64,000 nucleotides of DNA, taken from Octopus sinensis. Lineage: Eukaryota. Under the pieces are notes generated by a model that was not told the origin of the DNA, did not search any database, and saw only the letters and a program-made list of their open reading frames with translations. How positions within the stretch are numbered: position 1 is the stretch's first letter; every line of letters starts with the position of its first letter. Where the stretch lies: positions 19,034,001-19,098,000 of the forward strand of contig NC_043014.1 of the NCBI RefSeq assembly GCF_006345805.1. The letters run 5' to 3'. Below, piece by piece: positions 25,899 to 40,686 of this stretch. The translations under genes and the position numbers were made by a program.

Positions 25899-28800
25899 AA
25901 TATGTATGTACATCAATTGACACACACACACAGGCATATATATATATATATATTCTTACATGTATGCATGATATAAGCGTGTGTGCATGCATACATATAT
26001 ATATGTATATGCCTGTGAATGTGTATATGTTTATACAGGACATGTATAATATAAGCACTTATATTAAAGTATCAATTTACAGTATATCGATATGAATCAA
26101 TGCTATTCATGTTGGAAATCGAAGCATATATGTAATAACAACGAAGGAATACAAAGACTCTAATAACGAAATGAATTTTAAAGAAAGAATGAGAGGGAAG
26201 GACGATTAAAGGAAGGAAGAAATGGATGAAGTGAGAAAGAAAGAAAGAATGAAAGAAAATAAATAAAGAAAGAAAGAAGGAAAGAAAGTTACAGAGAAAA
26301 GATGACAGAAGGCAAAAGGAAAAACGAACCATGAAAGAAAGGATGAATGGAAAGAAGGGAGGGAGGAAAAATGAAGCCTTATTTTATAAATCCGAGATGT
26401 AATTTATGAATAATTATTTCTTCTTAGGTTATCAAATATTTATTAATTAAGCGATTTAACCTATTAATTTTTAAACCTTTTATATACCTTTTTTATTTAA
26501 AGAAGTAAAACATAATTTGTATAGTAATAAAATTTGCTGTAATTACCGAAGCTCTCGGGTTATCAAAAGATAAAATTAATTTCATAAATAACAATAATCG
26601 TAATGTTGATGATGATGATGACGACGTCGACGATGACCTTGATGATAATGATGATGATGATGCCAGCGGCGGCGATGGTGGTGGTGGTAGTGGTGATGAT
26701 GATAGTGGTAATCATGTTGGTGGTGATATATTAAAGATAATAATTATAATATTATTAATGATAATGATGAACATAATAAGGTTGAGGATGAAGATGATAA
26801 ACCGTTATATTAATATTGAGCAGAATTTTGTGATTGAATAAACAAAATGGCTCGTAGCTCGTACGTGTAATGTAATGTTATATCGTCTTATTTATTTTTT
26901 TCATCGTTCACATGCAATTTCCCAATAGCATTTTCCATAATCGAAACCGATTTTCTCTTCAGCTTGAGGGACAACAACAATTGCAAAGGAATCATCTCAA
27001 TCTATAAGAACATATTCTCCACCTCCTTGTCCATCTACCTTACTGCTACACTTCTTTCTCCACCTGTACAGTATCTAATAGCAAAACTACCAGTTGGCTA
27101 TATAAATGTGATCATAACTGTACTACTTAGTACAGAGGAGTGAGTACTTCAATGAGGAGTCCGGCAGCTATTTGGTTTCATTTCTTGTATATTAGATGTA
27201 GGTTGGGTGAATGGGGCGGACGTGCGTTCGTTTTACGATAAAGTTCTTGCTTTCTAAGACTGCATTCCTTCCTATAATCGCTGCATATTGATCGATTATT
27301 AGGAATATATGAAGAGCAGGATCGGATTTAAACCTCTCCTCCAGGGCTTCGATACATTATTTTATATATTGAGTAGTTAATTTGAATTCTAGATTCCAAT
27401 ATTCGTATATGCATATCGATATACATATGCACATACATACGTATCCATGCTCACACACACATATATATATATGTATGTAAATGTGTGTTAATATCTATAT
27501 CTATCTATCTCTGTGTGTGTATGTGTGTGTTTGTGTATCATATGTGTATGTGTGTCGAAACGTATCTGCCTGTCTGGGTAGGGAAGCTGTAAATATAAGA
27601 GCAATTATCTATAAATATTCACCTTCTGGTGGATTTGGAATGAAATAGTGTTCACTTATGCAAGGAAGATCAAAACTATAACCGAAAGTAACTTACCATA
27701 TCTCTCCCAAAGAACTATATCAGTCCCATTGCGTTTGCATTTGGCGGAAGATTTCATGCGCATATTCCACCAAATTTCTTCGTATGTACCCAGCAGTAAA
27801 GGTATTCGATGCATTTATTCAATATCGATGGCACTGTATGTTGTTTTACCAACAACATATTACGGTATCGGCTTGTGTAAACTGCTGATCAATAACAAAT
27901 GAATGAACAATCGACATTTTCTAACTCATCTTCAAGACCCTTTTGTTCATTGGACTTATTTTAGCTTTCTGGAGCATAGTCTTCGTAAAAAGAGAATTAT
28001 ACAGAGAAAGGGGCAGAGCAGGAGAGAGAGATTCATCGGTCTTCTAAAACAAATTACAGTTTTGCAAGGTGAAACGTGACTGTTTTCGAGCACCATGACG
28101 TATTAAGAATCCCTTCCCTGAACTTCATTCCGGCTAAACGCATTCTTATAAATCTTAAGTATAAACTTAAGTTTGCTACCCGAGTATGCCTTGTTAGTCA
28201 TCTGTTTTCCATTGATATTTATCCTTTGTCCTATTTAGATGAGACATTCTCTACTACTGTGTAGCTGACCTTTACAATAGTACATGTACACTTCTCATTT
28301 GCAGTACAATAATATTTGCATCATGTTGTTGGTTTTATTGGAATATTCAACAGGTATTCTTCATTTATAAGTATGTGGATACATTTGGGCCCCGGTGTGC
28401 TTTTGGCGTAGCCATTGAAACAAACCTTAAAGCGAATTGCATTGTAAATAACTTTTATAACAATGTTTTACTTCTTGATAATATTGTAGCAAGTGGTTTT
28501 CAGAGAACTGAAGGTGTTTGTAATATATACCACAGTGGAACAAAAGACATTTTGTATCCCAAATTCGTTACTTAGAGGTATTCTTATCTCTATTATCGAT
28601 TAAGCATGCAATAGATATCCCCTGTTCCTTTAAAGCAAAGGTGCAGCATTCGGGATGAGATGTGATACATCAAAATATCTAAAAGTGTCTATTTGGTACT
28701 TGTATATGTATGCGTTTGTGTATATGGATATGTAATGCGTACGTATGTATGAATGTACATGGTTAGCAAAGTTAACTAAGTCTATTATCATGAGTATCGC

Positions 28801-28951
28801 AAGGGTGTTAGACGAATATTCAAAAATGAGATTAGAGATGTTAAACTACAATTCAACGAAAATTACTTTGCAGCTGTAACAACATTTCCCTATTACTTGT
28901 GTGTGTGTAACAGCCTGTTACTTGTGTGTGTGTTTCTATGTATATGTATAT

Positions 28952-29063
<112 letters not shown>

Positions 29064-30216
29064 GTATATCTATCTATATGTCTGTTTGTATCTGTCTCTC
29101 TCTCTCTCTATATATATATATAAATATATATGTACATATATATACATATTTATATGTGTATATACATATATACATATTTATATGTATATATATATGTATG
29201 TATATATGCATATGCATAAAACATATTTACTACAGATATATCACGTAAAGGCAATTGACTGCGGTATCCGTGCGGAGACAATATCGCTTATAGACGTTCG
29301 GTGCTTAAAAACACAAAAGTATATAAGTTTCTCACTAGCAGACGAAAAATGTCTAGAAATTCCACTGGGAGTTTAGCAGTGGGGATGCGCCCCTGAAAAT
29401 CCTCACAAAAAGGCTGAAATGCGTGTATAGATTCCTCCTGTCCGCTGGTCGAGTCTCGTCTGTTAATAATATATTTCACATCTTTAAACGTAGTACGTCC
29501 ATACCAAATAATATCTACGAAGGAATACCGCCATTATTTTGGTTTTCCATAGCATATCCTCCGTAAGTATGGTACATAGATGGCTATTTCAATCCAGTAT
29601 CGCTTCTGTTGAATACAAGGTATATAACTATATACGCACACATATATGCACACACAAATATGCGTCTTCATCAGACGGTTTAAATATTATTAATAGAAAA
29701 TAAAATTATCCTAACATAAACGAATTTGAATGAAAAGTGTGTGCAACTGTACGAATGAATATAAATCAAAATTCTCGAACAAAAATAAAGCAAGTACGTA
29801 GAAATCTTTTTTTAAAATGATTCCTTCGTAATACGATCTCTTTTCAAATTTTCCATTAAAGAAAACTTTTGTGCAGCCATTTTGCAAAGAACGCTCTCTT
29901 GCAGAAATAAATAGACTTGGTGCATGGATTTGTAAATTTCATTGACAGTCTAGACTAGATATGACATCGATACATTGAATTGAATGCATAATAACAACTA
30001 AATGAAGCATACATTATCCTTTTATTTAATTTATAAATACGCGTATATATCTCTGTGTGAGTGTGTGTGCACGTGTGTAAAGTCTACATGGGTATATGTA
30101 TCTTTTTTTTCTATACCAATTTCTGTACCTCAATGAATGTGTATAAGTATACATATATATATATATATTTATATGTATGTATCTATGGTCTTATACACAC
30201 ACACACACACGCATAT

Positions 30217-30285
<69 letters not shown>

Positions 30286-30453
30286 TCAGAGCCATTTAAA
30301 ATCTCAGCGTTAGATCAGCCTAGGAGATAAAATAAGCAATCAAACATTTTGTTGTTGTCCATAACCTCAGTGACTTATTACGTTTAAAGTATCAATGATG
30401 CCCTCACCGCCACCGCCGCTGTCGTCGTTGTCCACGTCGTCGTCGTCGTCGTT

Positions 30454-30510
<57 letters not shown>

Positions 30511-30657
30511 TAGTAGTAGTAGTAGTTACTATTTGTCACCGGTGTAGATAATTATTTCTTCTAAAAATGCCCTGATATTCTAAGCAACTTCACCCGTCGT
30601 AACTATAAACTTAAAAGATGTTATGGTATCGTCGAAATGTTTGCATTATCTAGATAG

Positions 30658-30741
30658 AAATCTGATGACATACTTTCATCTGCTAGGAATAGCCATTTTA
30701 CTTATGAAGATGAAGATGGAGTTACATTCCAGAAAGAATCT
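30658..30741 (+). CDS. Tentative upstream exon of the coiled-coil gene
   Basis: 84-nt open frame KSDDILSSARNSHFTYEDEDGVTFQKES between tctagatag and a gtaagt donor at 30742. Phase 0/0, compatible with the 32615 exon. Weak acceptor. Confidence 0.28.
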
Positions 30742-32614
30742 GTAAGTATTGTTAGCTATAGAATTAGCTACATTATAGTAAATAGGAAATGTATCGGCCA
30801 TTCAATCTGTAATCGGTCTAAAATGAAGGAGACGTAATCAATGCTATGATCTCAAAGACAAGTTATTTATTCGAAAAGACTTAGTTATCTTCCATGAAAT
30901 AGAGTATGATCTATAAATTTGGTTAAATGATTCTTAGAAACTGAAAGCGTTTGATCAAACTTCTCTTGGAGCATCGTTGACATAAGGTCAAATAACAAAA
31001 ATAATAACATAGCCTAATAACAAGAAGCACTCGTTCGGATCAACGAACGTTCACTCTAGTTAATTCTTGTCGCGTTGTGTAATGGACCTTCGTTGATTTC
31101 GAAGATGAGTTTTTGGCCGTTCGATCGACGATGAACTAAGTTCTCATTCAATTAGAATATAAGTTGTCGAACTTTCCTCGCACACACACATGTATTCTTT
31201 GTTCAATTCTCATGCAGGATCTGGGGGATAAAATGTGTGTGAAGGCTAGACATCTGAATTAAAGGTACAATACAACCGATGGGCTTCTTCTCTGTTTCAA
31301 TTTACCCAAATCATTCTCGAGGCTTGCGTCAACCCGTACTCTTATCAAAAGAGATATATCAATCCCTCAGAGTGGGATCGAACCTAGGACACGCAGTCAC
31401 GAAAAAACCATTCAACCGTTTGCTTATATTTGTCTAAGACGGATAATGTTGTTTTATATAAGTATATGTTATATACTCTTTGGATTTCAGAGCGACCCTG
31501 AGGCTAAATTACAACATGCTCGTCAACAACAATAACAAATACAACTCCATCTTTATCAAAATTTATAAAATCAAGGAACACTTCCTTTCAAGAATATGAG
31601 GCAACTGCACATCCAAGAAACAACAACAAAACCCAAATCAAAAGCCAATATTGAAAACCACCACCACTGTTATGCATACCATCCAGAACAACACTAATAA
31701 AAACCAGCACTAATACATACACACAAACAACATACACACATGCGCGCGTGCACACGCACACACATCTGCGCATCCACACACACAGCCACTGATATAATTA
31801 ACAATAACAAAACCACTTCATACAACAACAACAACAACAACAGCAAAAACATCATCAACAACAACAACAATGAACAGTCTTTCAGCAGCTAACGAAACTA
31901 GCAAAAGATAGATCAAATGACAAATTGGAACAGGAATCGATTAAATCTCAGAATTCTTGTAATTGGTAGAAGAAAAAAATATATATAATATACTTTAAAA
32001 ATAATCATTAAAAACATCAACAATACAGTAAAAATTATACAAAAACAAGATAGTTTTCTTTACAATCCATCTCATCAGATTCTATAAATAGACGTATTTT
32101 CTGGAATTCGTCACATTTCTAAATGTACTGCAATTCTTAATTGACTTAATTTTTCTCAGCATCGTTATTATTATTCTAGATGTAGTTTCTTCTTTTTGTT
32201 CATCATCATCATCATCGTCATCATTGTTTCATCTTTGGTTGATGTGAGCGGGTGTATATTCCTCCAGTTAGGAAAGGTTTTTTTTATCACCAAGTACAAC
32301 TGAAGACAAATATATTTCTGTGAGGGATAATTTTTAAGGAGGAATCTTCTGAAACACGTTGGACACATACTCGATGCAAGGAGAGACATGAAGTCTAGTA
32401 TGTATAGACATAATTAATTTTTTTCTTGGATCTGCTCAAATTTCAAGTGAAGAGTACCTCTCATCAGAAAAGAAAAAAACTCGCTGTGAACATGAACAAC
32501 TACAAAAGAACAGAACAAATATAGAACAAATTCAATTTCATAGCAACACTCGTGCATTCTACATGAAAAGAAAATGATATTTAAGCCATCAGTAACGTCA
32601 ATGAGATTCAACAG

Positions 32615-32714
32615 TTTGAACGATGTTTTGAATACTTAACTACGAAAACAGCAGTGACAGGAACAACAGATAATCAGTATTTCCCAAATGAAGAATACAT
32701 ATCTTTTTTAATGA
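32615..32714 (+). CDS. Tentative upstream exon of the coiled-coil gene
   Basis: Open frame FERCFEYLTTKTAVTGTTDNQYFPNEEYISFLM between ttcaacag and a gtaagt donor. Phase 0 in, phase 1 out, which matches the 37859 exon (A|AT = Asn). The acceptor pyrimidine tract is weak. Confidence 0.3.
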
Positions 32715-35700
32715 GTAAGTTTTGGTCGCCATAAACAAGTCTGCCACATAATACCTCCACTAGTTTAGTTAGCAATTGATATGTAAGCATATGTGATATG
32801 CCAGAGAAATTATCTAGATGGCAACGATATGTAACCAAGGAAATGTTCTTACTGTTTGAAATCTTTATCCGAGAAAACAAAGAAGGAAGTGACGTAAATA
32901 TGCATCTGTTAAATCTGGAGACTTTCCTCAAAGAAGGTAACCCAGGTTATTAGTGGGGTAATATCATCTTTCGTCATTCCGAGTCGCGTTTATATGAAGC
33001 TGTGTTTTTCCAAAATTGAGGACGCACTTAGACGGGATAAGCTGGTACATAATACTACCACTAGTAGGATGGTACCACAAAATATGGTATTGATGTCTTG
33101 CGAGTGTCACGGTGAAAGGCATTGTCGATGGTGTTATCCATGGTTCGTTATTATCTTTGTGGACAGCATGAGCAGGTGGTGAGTGTCAAAGTAACTAGTA
33201 ATAATGCTGTAAATGGGAGGGGTCTGCTAGCATGTGGCTAAGAGGACGAATCATATATGCTGACGGAGATAGAGATGAAGGATGAGTACCAAGCGCTCCT
33301 AGATGATATACAAGTAATAAATATCATGCCAGGAGTATACTGACAGTTGTGCATTGCAGCTTAGGGCCTCCACGACTCAACAAATATAAAATCTACCCAG
33401 GATAGTAAGTAATTTGCAGGAAATTAACACTTCATGAGAGGTGTGTGCTATGTCGATTTTAACTAGGTGGGGGAGGCATGGTATGTGTGGGAAGTGTGTC
33501 TGAGTCGCACCTACATTATCTACATGATCATAACTGAAGTACTGAAGCTTCAGTAACAATAACAACAACACAAATAAAAGACAGCTTTGGCAGTATTAGT
33601 GGCAGCTATAATAGCAATCAGACAAGCAACGACAGCAGCAACAGCAACAGAAAGAATGACAACTACAACAGCAACAATGGCGATTATAGCAACAGCAACA
33701 GCTTAATCAATAATGACCTCTATAAAAACGTAAAGAACAACAATGCCAAGAAGCAAAAGCAGCAAGGCGGCAACACCAACACCAACATTGACAACAACAC
33801 CAGCAATAGAAGCAAATGTAATAACAACAACAACAAAAGCAATGACGACTAGAGCAACTACTTTTCTTTTTGTCTATCCAATTCTACCTAATTCTGAATT
33901 CTTTCAGAAAATTCTAAAAGTGGGAAAACAATTAAAAACATGTGAAATGAAGTGCTATTTTTATTCTAATCCTAAAATAAGCCTAAATGTTTTGAACACG
34001 TCACAATGCGACCTTATTAAAGGTTATAAAGCAAAGGTTGACTTTACAGCTACAGTTGACCTGTAGTTTGTTTTCTTAAAGGTTGAAGTCATTGTTAGAA
34101 TATACAACCAGTTAATTTCGCCGCACATTATTATGTAAATTGCTATTTGAGATTTAAAAACAAAGCGTTATATAGAAAGAGTGGTGGGATATACATATAT
34201 ATATATATATATGTAGTTGTTTGGTGGTGCTAGTAATTGCGTTAAGGGAATATACTGAATGTCGGCATGTTTGCCGTTTTGATGGTAGCTAAAAAGAGCG
34301 ACGGTGTTGGTTAGAATCTCTCTGTCTCCATCATTCTCTCATTCACGCACAAGCACTCTCTCTCTCTCTCTTTCGTTTTTTTTCTGTTTCTTTTTCTCGT
34401 TTTGTCATAAATTCATTTTATATACTGAAAAGGTTCTTTGGCAAAGCACAGATCAAGGTACAGTACAAAATTTGGAAATCTCATTTAAAATACAAAAAAT
34501 ATGGCCCACTCACCTCTATCTGTATCCTTACACGAGAATCTTTCCGATTAAAACATTTACTAGATACCAAATCCTAACGCTCATACAATTAGATTGATAT
34601 ATAGATAGATACATAAATAGATAGATAGATAAATAGATAGATAGAGAGAGAGAGAGGTAGATAAATAGATAAGTAGATAGATAGATATATAGATAGATAG
34701 ATAGATAGATACATACATACATACATACATACATACATACATGCACACACAGACACATATGACTTCGGTCCAAATATAGCAAGAAAATATTGTTTTTAGG
34801 ACGTTGCGTTTATATGATACTGTGTTCGAATGCATGCAAGTGTACACACGCACACATATAAAATGTTACACACACGGATACATATGTATGTATGCATGGT
34901 TAATGTAAGTGTGTGTGTGTATGTGTGTGTGTGTGTGTGTGTGCGTGTGTGTGTGTGTAGTACCACATTTACAATCGTTTATACATATAATGTATATCAA
35001 ATTATACATATTACATCTATTGAATTATATGTTCTTTTCGAGAAAATATTACATACATCTCTCATAATCATCACCATCGTCGTCGTCATTATCATCACCA
35101 TCATCATCCTCATCATCATCATCATTTTCATTATAGTGCATTTATACCAATTATTGGATATCTAATAATTACTAATGATTGCTGCCGCTTGCGCCTGCGG
35201 TTTATTATCAGCATGTCCAATTGATTATGCTTTAAGATGGAACGTTATAACATGAAGATATGTGATAAATGTTTATCTCTGACGGATTCTACCGGCCTGA
35301 ATACACTGTATTATTTTTAAATACGTATATACAGGCTACATCTAAAAGACCTTGGATGCGGGTACTATTATTTAGCTATATGACACTGAATATATCATGT
35401 CAAGACAGTATTTTTTATTTTATTTAAATATTCATTTTGTTTTAAGAATGAGGCTTAAGCATGCCCATCATCTGTACTACTTTTATCCTCTTATTTGTTT
35501 TTCAGAAAGAAAAAATAGGGAGATTTTTTTTTTTTTATCATTCACCAAGTCTATTTCATTATATTACAGAATGTATATTTTCGCTCGAGGTTCAAAGAAT
35601 TAAATATGGGTTCATACTCTCACTGATTTTATTTTGCAATTTTACTCTTTCTACACTGTGAAATATGTGTGGGCGTGTGGGCATGTACATATGCGTATAT

Positions 35701-35810
35701 ATGTGTATATTTATTCAAATGTATGTATATATATAATACACCACATGCACGCATATTTATATTTATATACAAACATATATGTGTATATACTTATATATGT
35801 ATGTATATAT

Positions 35811-36351
<541 letters not shown>

Positions 36352-37029
36352 TATATATATATATATATAATGTAAATATATATATATATACAAGCATATA
36401 TGTGTTATATACACTATATCTGATTCTATATATCTATCTATGTATATGTATGTATGTGTGTATATATACATATATATATATGTGCGTATATATACACATA
36501 CATACACACATATGTGTGTGTGTGTGCGTGTGTGTGTGTGTATTCGTATATTTACAACTTGATTCATTTGTAAATATATTGAAAATTATAACGAGGTTTA
36601 CGTTTCGGCTAATAAAGCGTGCATAAAGTTCGACAGTTATAGAATTGCTTCTCTTCTATCTTGTAGCAAAAAAAAAAAAAAAAAAAATTAGATGCTAACC
36701 CTTGACTAATAAACTGTCTTGGAGTTGATTACCACTCCATCGCTGTAATATCAATGTATTAAGTATCAATTTAAATATATGGATCGATTTAAATGACTGT
36801 TACACTTTTTCACATTGTGCGACCATGTACTAACTTTGAAAGTCATATCATAGTTCCCTGATATTTTATCTTCTTTCAGCTTTATAATTAATGTTCGGTG
36901 TTAAAAGTGAGTTCTGACTGAATTATTAAGTCAATAATAAAAATGTTTCCGATTTAAACATAAAAACAGTAGTTTTGAAGGGAGGCGACTAGCTGGTACT
37001 ATTGATACCTGCATTTGACAGATAATTTA

Positions 37030-37578
37030 TTGGGTTAGACGGAAAGTTCGTGCTGATTTTTAAAGGAAAGAAAGAGGCCAATATATATTTCCCATTACAT
37101 TTTTAATAAACCAAATATGAACCATTTTGTTGCACCATGTGTCTCTATTGTTCCTTTAACTTGAAAATACATTCTTCCCAGAATTGAGGTGGTTTCATGG
37201 CAAATAATTCATCAAGGTATCTTTTTACGTCATCCAAGGAATTGAAATTTTTACCATTGAGACTATTCTGCAGAGACCTGAATAAGTGGAAATCCAAAGG
37301 AGCAATATCTGGTGAATATGGAGAGTGGGGTAAAACATCCCAGCCAAGCTGCAGCAATTTTTGTAGGTTCCCAAAGCATCAAATGCCGAAAATGAACTTT
37401 CTTATCTTCCATTTTAAAGGGTTACAAAATTAACACAGGTTATAGGAACATAAACCTTCCACGAAAAGATAGCTTAAACTGAGCTCTAAATGGCGGTGTA
37501 GTCAAATCCTACTTTATGGACTCAACCATGTTCTAAAATAAGTCGAGAGGTAAGCTACGAACTTTCCGGACAACCCAA
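37030..37578 (-). mobile_element. Second, different mariner copy (549 bp, internally deleted)
   Basis: TIRs TTGGGTTAGACGGAAAGTTCGT / ACGAACTTTCCGGACAACCCAA, with TA on both sides. ORF 37145..37357 carries LGWDVLPHSPYSPDIAPLDFHLF, the mariner YSPDLAP-D motif. Confidence 0.93.
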
Positions 37579-37858
37579 TATATGATCGACCCCAGAAAGG
37601 CAAACTTAATATCGGTCCTATTTAAACACAGAATCTAAAGAGTAATTTTGCCGACGTTCTAACGATTCAGCCAAAGGCGCACTCCAGTAATTTTGTAGGG
37701 CACAGTGTGTCGATTATATCGACCCATGCTGTTGAATGTTACTTCAGTTTATTAACTCTGAAATTATGTGAAGTGGATGGTTATGATGATGATGATGATG
37801 ATTTATGTGTTCTCGTAATAAAAAAAAAAACAATAATAATTTTGTTTTCAAATTTCAG

Positions 37859-38192
37859 ATTGTGCTGTTATGACACATTTTCCTAATGCGGATAATGTCC
37901 ACAATGCCAGTGCTGAAGAATTGATCAAGGAAATCCAAGCTCTGAAAGATGACAGTAAAAAATGTCACCGAGAACTGGACAGGTGGAAATCGAACTGCCG
38001 GAAATACAAAGCCAGCTATTTGATTGTGGCTGACCACAACCGTGTACTTGTTCGTGAAAATTCCACACAAAAATGGGAGCTTGCATATTTACAACAACGG
38101 ATACAACGTCAACAGGAACGATATGATGAATTAGAAAGGAACTATGATATACTTCAAGACAACTATAAAACATTATCCGGGTTGTTCAACAG
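37859..38192 (+). CDS. Coding exon of an uncharacterised coiled-coil protein gene (penultimate exon)
   Basis: Acceptor ttttcaaatttcag ends at 37858. Open frame (CAV)MTHFPNADNVHNASAEELIKEIQALKDDSKK...YDILQDNYKTLSGLFNR has heptad-like E/K/Q/L content. Donor AG|gtataa at 38193 is phase 2 and joins in frame to the 43208 exon. Confidence 0.85.
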
Positions 38193-38462
38193 GTATAATA
38201 TACTGATATGCTTTTGACATTATTTTAATTCTGATGTATTTGTGCATTCATATATTCTTACATACTTGTATTCATGTTTTCTCATTCACGTTCTATTCTC
38301 ACTCTTCCTCATTCACACAGTTCCTGCAATCGAAATCATAAATGTGTTCTCATTATACTAACTCAACTAAACCTCCAGTTCCGACAGCACCCCCTTTGTT
38401 CATATTTAAAAACTGTGCTCGTGAGCTAGCATTTATCGTCAACAAAACTTCTTCTTCTTCTT

Positions 38463-38973
38463 CTCTCCTACCACTTACACAACCACCATATTGATGCTAT
38501 AACTTCCCCACCAAACACTTTCCTTGGTCAGAATAGATTATAGCTCTACTCAAACTGTTCTGATCAGTAATTGCTTATTCAACCAATTATTGCCTCGCTA
38601 TTTCAGTCTTACATTGTTATTATTTCTTCGACATCTTTTTCAAAAAGATTCTAATTTTGCTTTTCGTTACTTATATAGTCTTCAGTAATCCTCTCGTTCA
38701 ACCTTATCAAATAAGAAGGATATAAAATGATGGTTATTCTAAAGCTACATATATTAAAGTTGTTCGCTTAATTTCACCGACAATTTCTTCTTCTCTTCTT
38801 CTTCTTCTTCTTCTTCTTCTTCTTCTTCTCTCTCTCTTCTCTTTTCTTCTTCTTCTTCTTCTTCTTCTTCTTCTTCTTCTTCTTCTTCTCCCTCTTCTTC
38901 TTTCTTCTTCTTCTTCTTCTTCTCCTCCTCCTCCTCCTCCTCCTCCTCCTCTCCTTCTTCTCTTCTTCTTCTT

Positions 38974-39004
<31 letters not shown>

Positions 39005-39096
39005 TTATTATTATTATTATTATTCAACCTAAACTCTTCACGCAAGCATTTTTCTGAAGTTCTACATTCGTATTTTTCAATGGGGCAGGACATCCT
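38463..39096 (+). repeat. Dispersed near-identical duplication; partner at 9241-9866
   Basis: Same sequence, located inside the 38193-43207 intron. Confidence 0.95.
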
Positions 39097-39258
39097 CATC
39101 CTATTCAACAGCATAAATACAAAATCACTATACATATGAAAATAATCCTCTTGCTGTTTATTCCCACTAATAATATATATTACGACAAACGCATATTTGC
39201 TCCACATTCTTGATCGATTGTTGTTTGATGATATAGTGAATTAATAAAGAGTAAAGGC

Positions 39259-39547
39259 TAAAGATCCCCTTCGGTCGTGAATGACCATGAGATTGCACCT
39301 AGAAAGTTACCCTCCGAGGCACAGGTTCGGGCAAGGTTGTATATGGAAGACCAGCTGCCACCCATGAATACCAGTCCCCACTCTTCACGCCATCAAGGAA
39401 AAGGAAAAGGAAAAGGCCAAGACATCTTGGCACCAGTGACGTCGAACCTCATTTCTACAGCTGAGTTAATTGGAGTAACGTGAAAGTGTCTTACTCAAGA
39501 ACAACACAAAGCCCCGACACTCTAACCACTGAGCCATGTGCCTTCAC
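39259..39547 (-). mobile_element. SINE family A copy, in the intron of the coiled-coil gene
   Basis: Reverse complement of the family A tail (ccccttcggtcgtgaatgacc), core and head (ctctaaccactgagccatgtgccttcac), with a deletion in the head. Confidence 0.85.
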
Positions 39548-40526
39548 ATAGTGAATTAATATGAGTATACCATTGCTAGAATTATATTAGAAAGACTACA
39601 TTCCGTCTTTAGAACTGAGAAATACTCAAGTAATAAAAACTAAGCTCATCCTTAGTAACGTATTCTTGCCGCAACTAAATGCCGCAGAGCATTTTGCCTT
39701 TTCACCTGGCGCTCAGGTGATTCTAGCATTACCAATTAAAATGTTTATACTCATTGCAGGAAGCATTAGACTAGAACTGATTCCTTCATCATCTGTTATA
39801 CTAGTCATTTTCAACCGTCCATTTCACCTCTTAGTACATAAAGTGAAGTGTCATTAATTTATGCAGAAACGAAGTTAAATGACAAATACATCGACGATGT
39901 GGTTCCTTACATAAGTACTGAAATATCCTACACAGATATTATAACAAGAGCCAAAGTCCTCAGAGATGCGAACACACCAGAAAACATTTTTATGAAAACT
40001 ATATAGGACTAAGCTTTTAGGCTTTTAATTACAACTGGAGGAACTGAAACGAAGAATAAACTGGGGAAAGCAGAAAAAAAACACCCAATAAATAATGTTA
40101 CCACGAAGAGAGGGAGATAGGTGGAATATTATAACGTTTAAAGCGTTGCCTGTTGGTATATGTTTTGGAACTGAACTTAATTAAGTTCATATCTCGCTTA
40201 CTACCATTGGCAAAACGGAGATAGGAATTCCTTAAACTTTTCTCGTATATTGCAACTGATCACACTTAATATGAGCGCTCAAACTAACACTAAGAGGGAG
40301 TGCAATACACGACAAACAATATATGTGTGAATGTGTGAGAGAAAGACAAAGAGAGAGAGAGAGAGAGAAAAAAAAAAGAAAGGGAAAGAGAGTGCGAGTG
40401 TGTATGTGTGCATGCATATATAACACACATGCACCCGCGCACATATATATATGTAACGATATAGCGTGTGGATACTAGTCATACAGCATAACTTTATGGT
40501 TATAACGACCTACACGTGTCTCCAGT

Positions 40527-40686
40527 GCACAGAGTATGAGCAGTTGGATATGCAACCAGGCATAATTTTCTGTGCAACTTAATTCACGGTCTTTCAATTA
40601 GGGGCCAAGTTGGTTGAAAGACCCTGAGCGAAGCTACACAGAAACCCTATGTCCATTTTCACATGCAGCTGCTCATACTCTGTGCT
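40527..40686. repeat. Diverged foldback (imperfect palindrome)
   Basis: Arms of about 70 nt align along their length, with exact blocks gcacagagtatgagcag/ctgctcatactctgtgc, tttctgtg/cacagaaa and ggtctttcaa/ttgaaagacc. Confidence 0.8.

Noticed and set aside
26938-26962. Minus-strand CTGAAGA with a GAAA/TTTC stem
   Set aside because: Followed by GATT rather than GAAA; no stems I or III.
27697-27814. Minus-strand ATG-to-GTAAGT segment (MHRIPLLLGTYEEIWW...) as an upstream exon for 21043-21271
   Set aside because: Phase-1 donor is incompatible with the phase-2 acceptor at 21271, and there is no other support.
28354-28575. Plus-strand open frame VFFIYKYVDTFGPRCAFG... as an exon
   Set aside because: Weak splice sites, background-like composition and no recognisable similarity.
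29630-29674. Minus-strand CTGATGA followed by a hairpin
   Set aside because: No GAAA core; the hairpin is built from microsatellite-like sequence.
33000-33400. Possible RTE LINE RT remnant (GIVDGVIHGSLLSL resembling GVHQGSVLSP)
   Set aside because: Single weak motif matched by eye; not enough to call.
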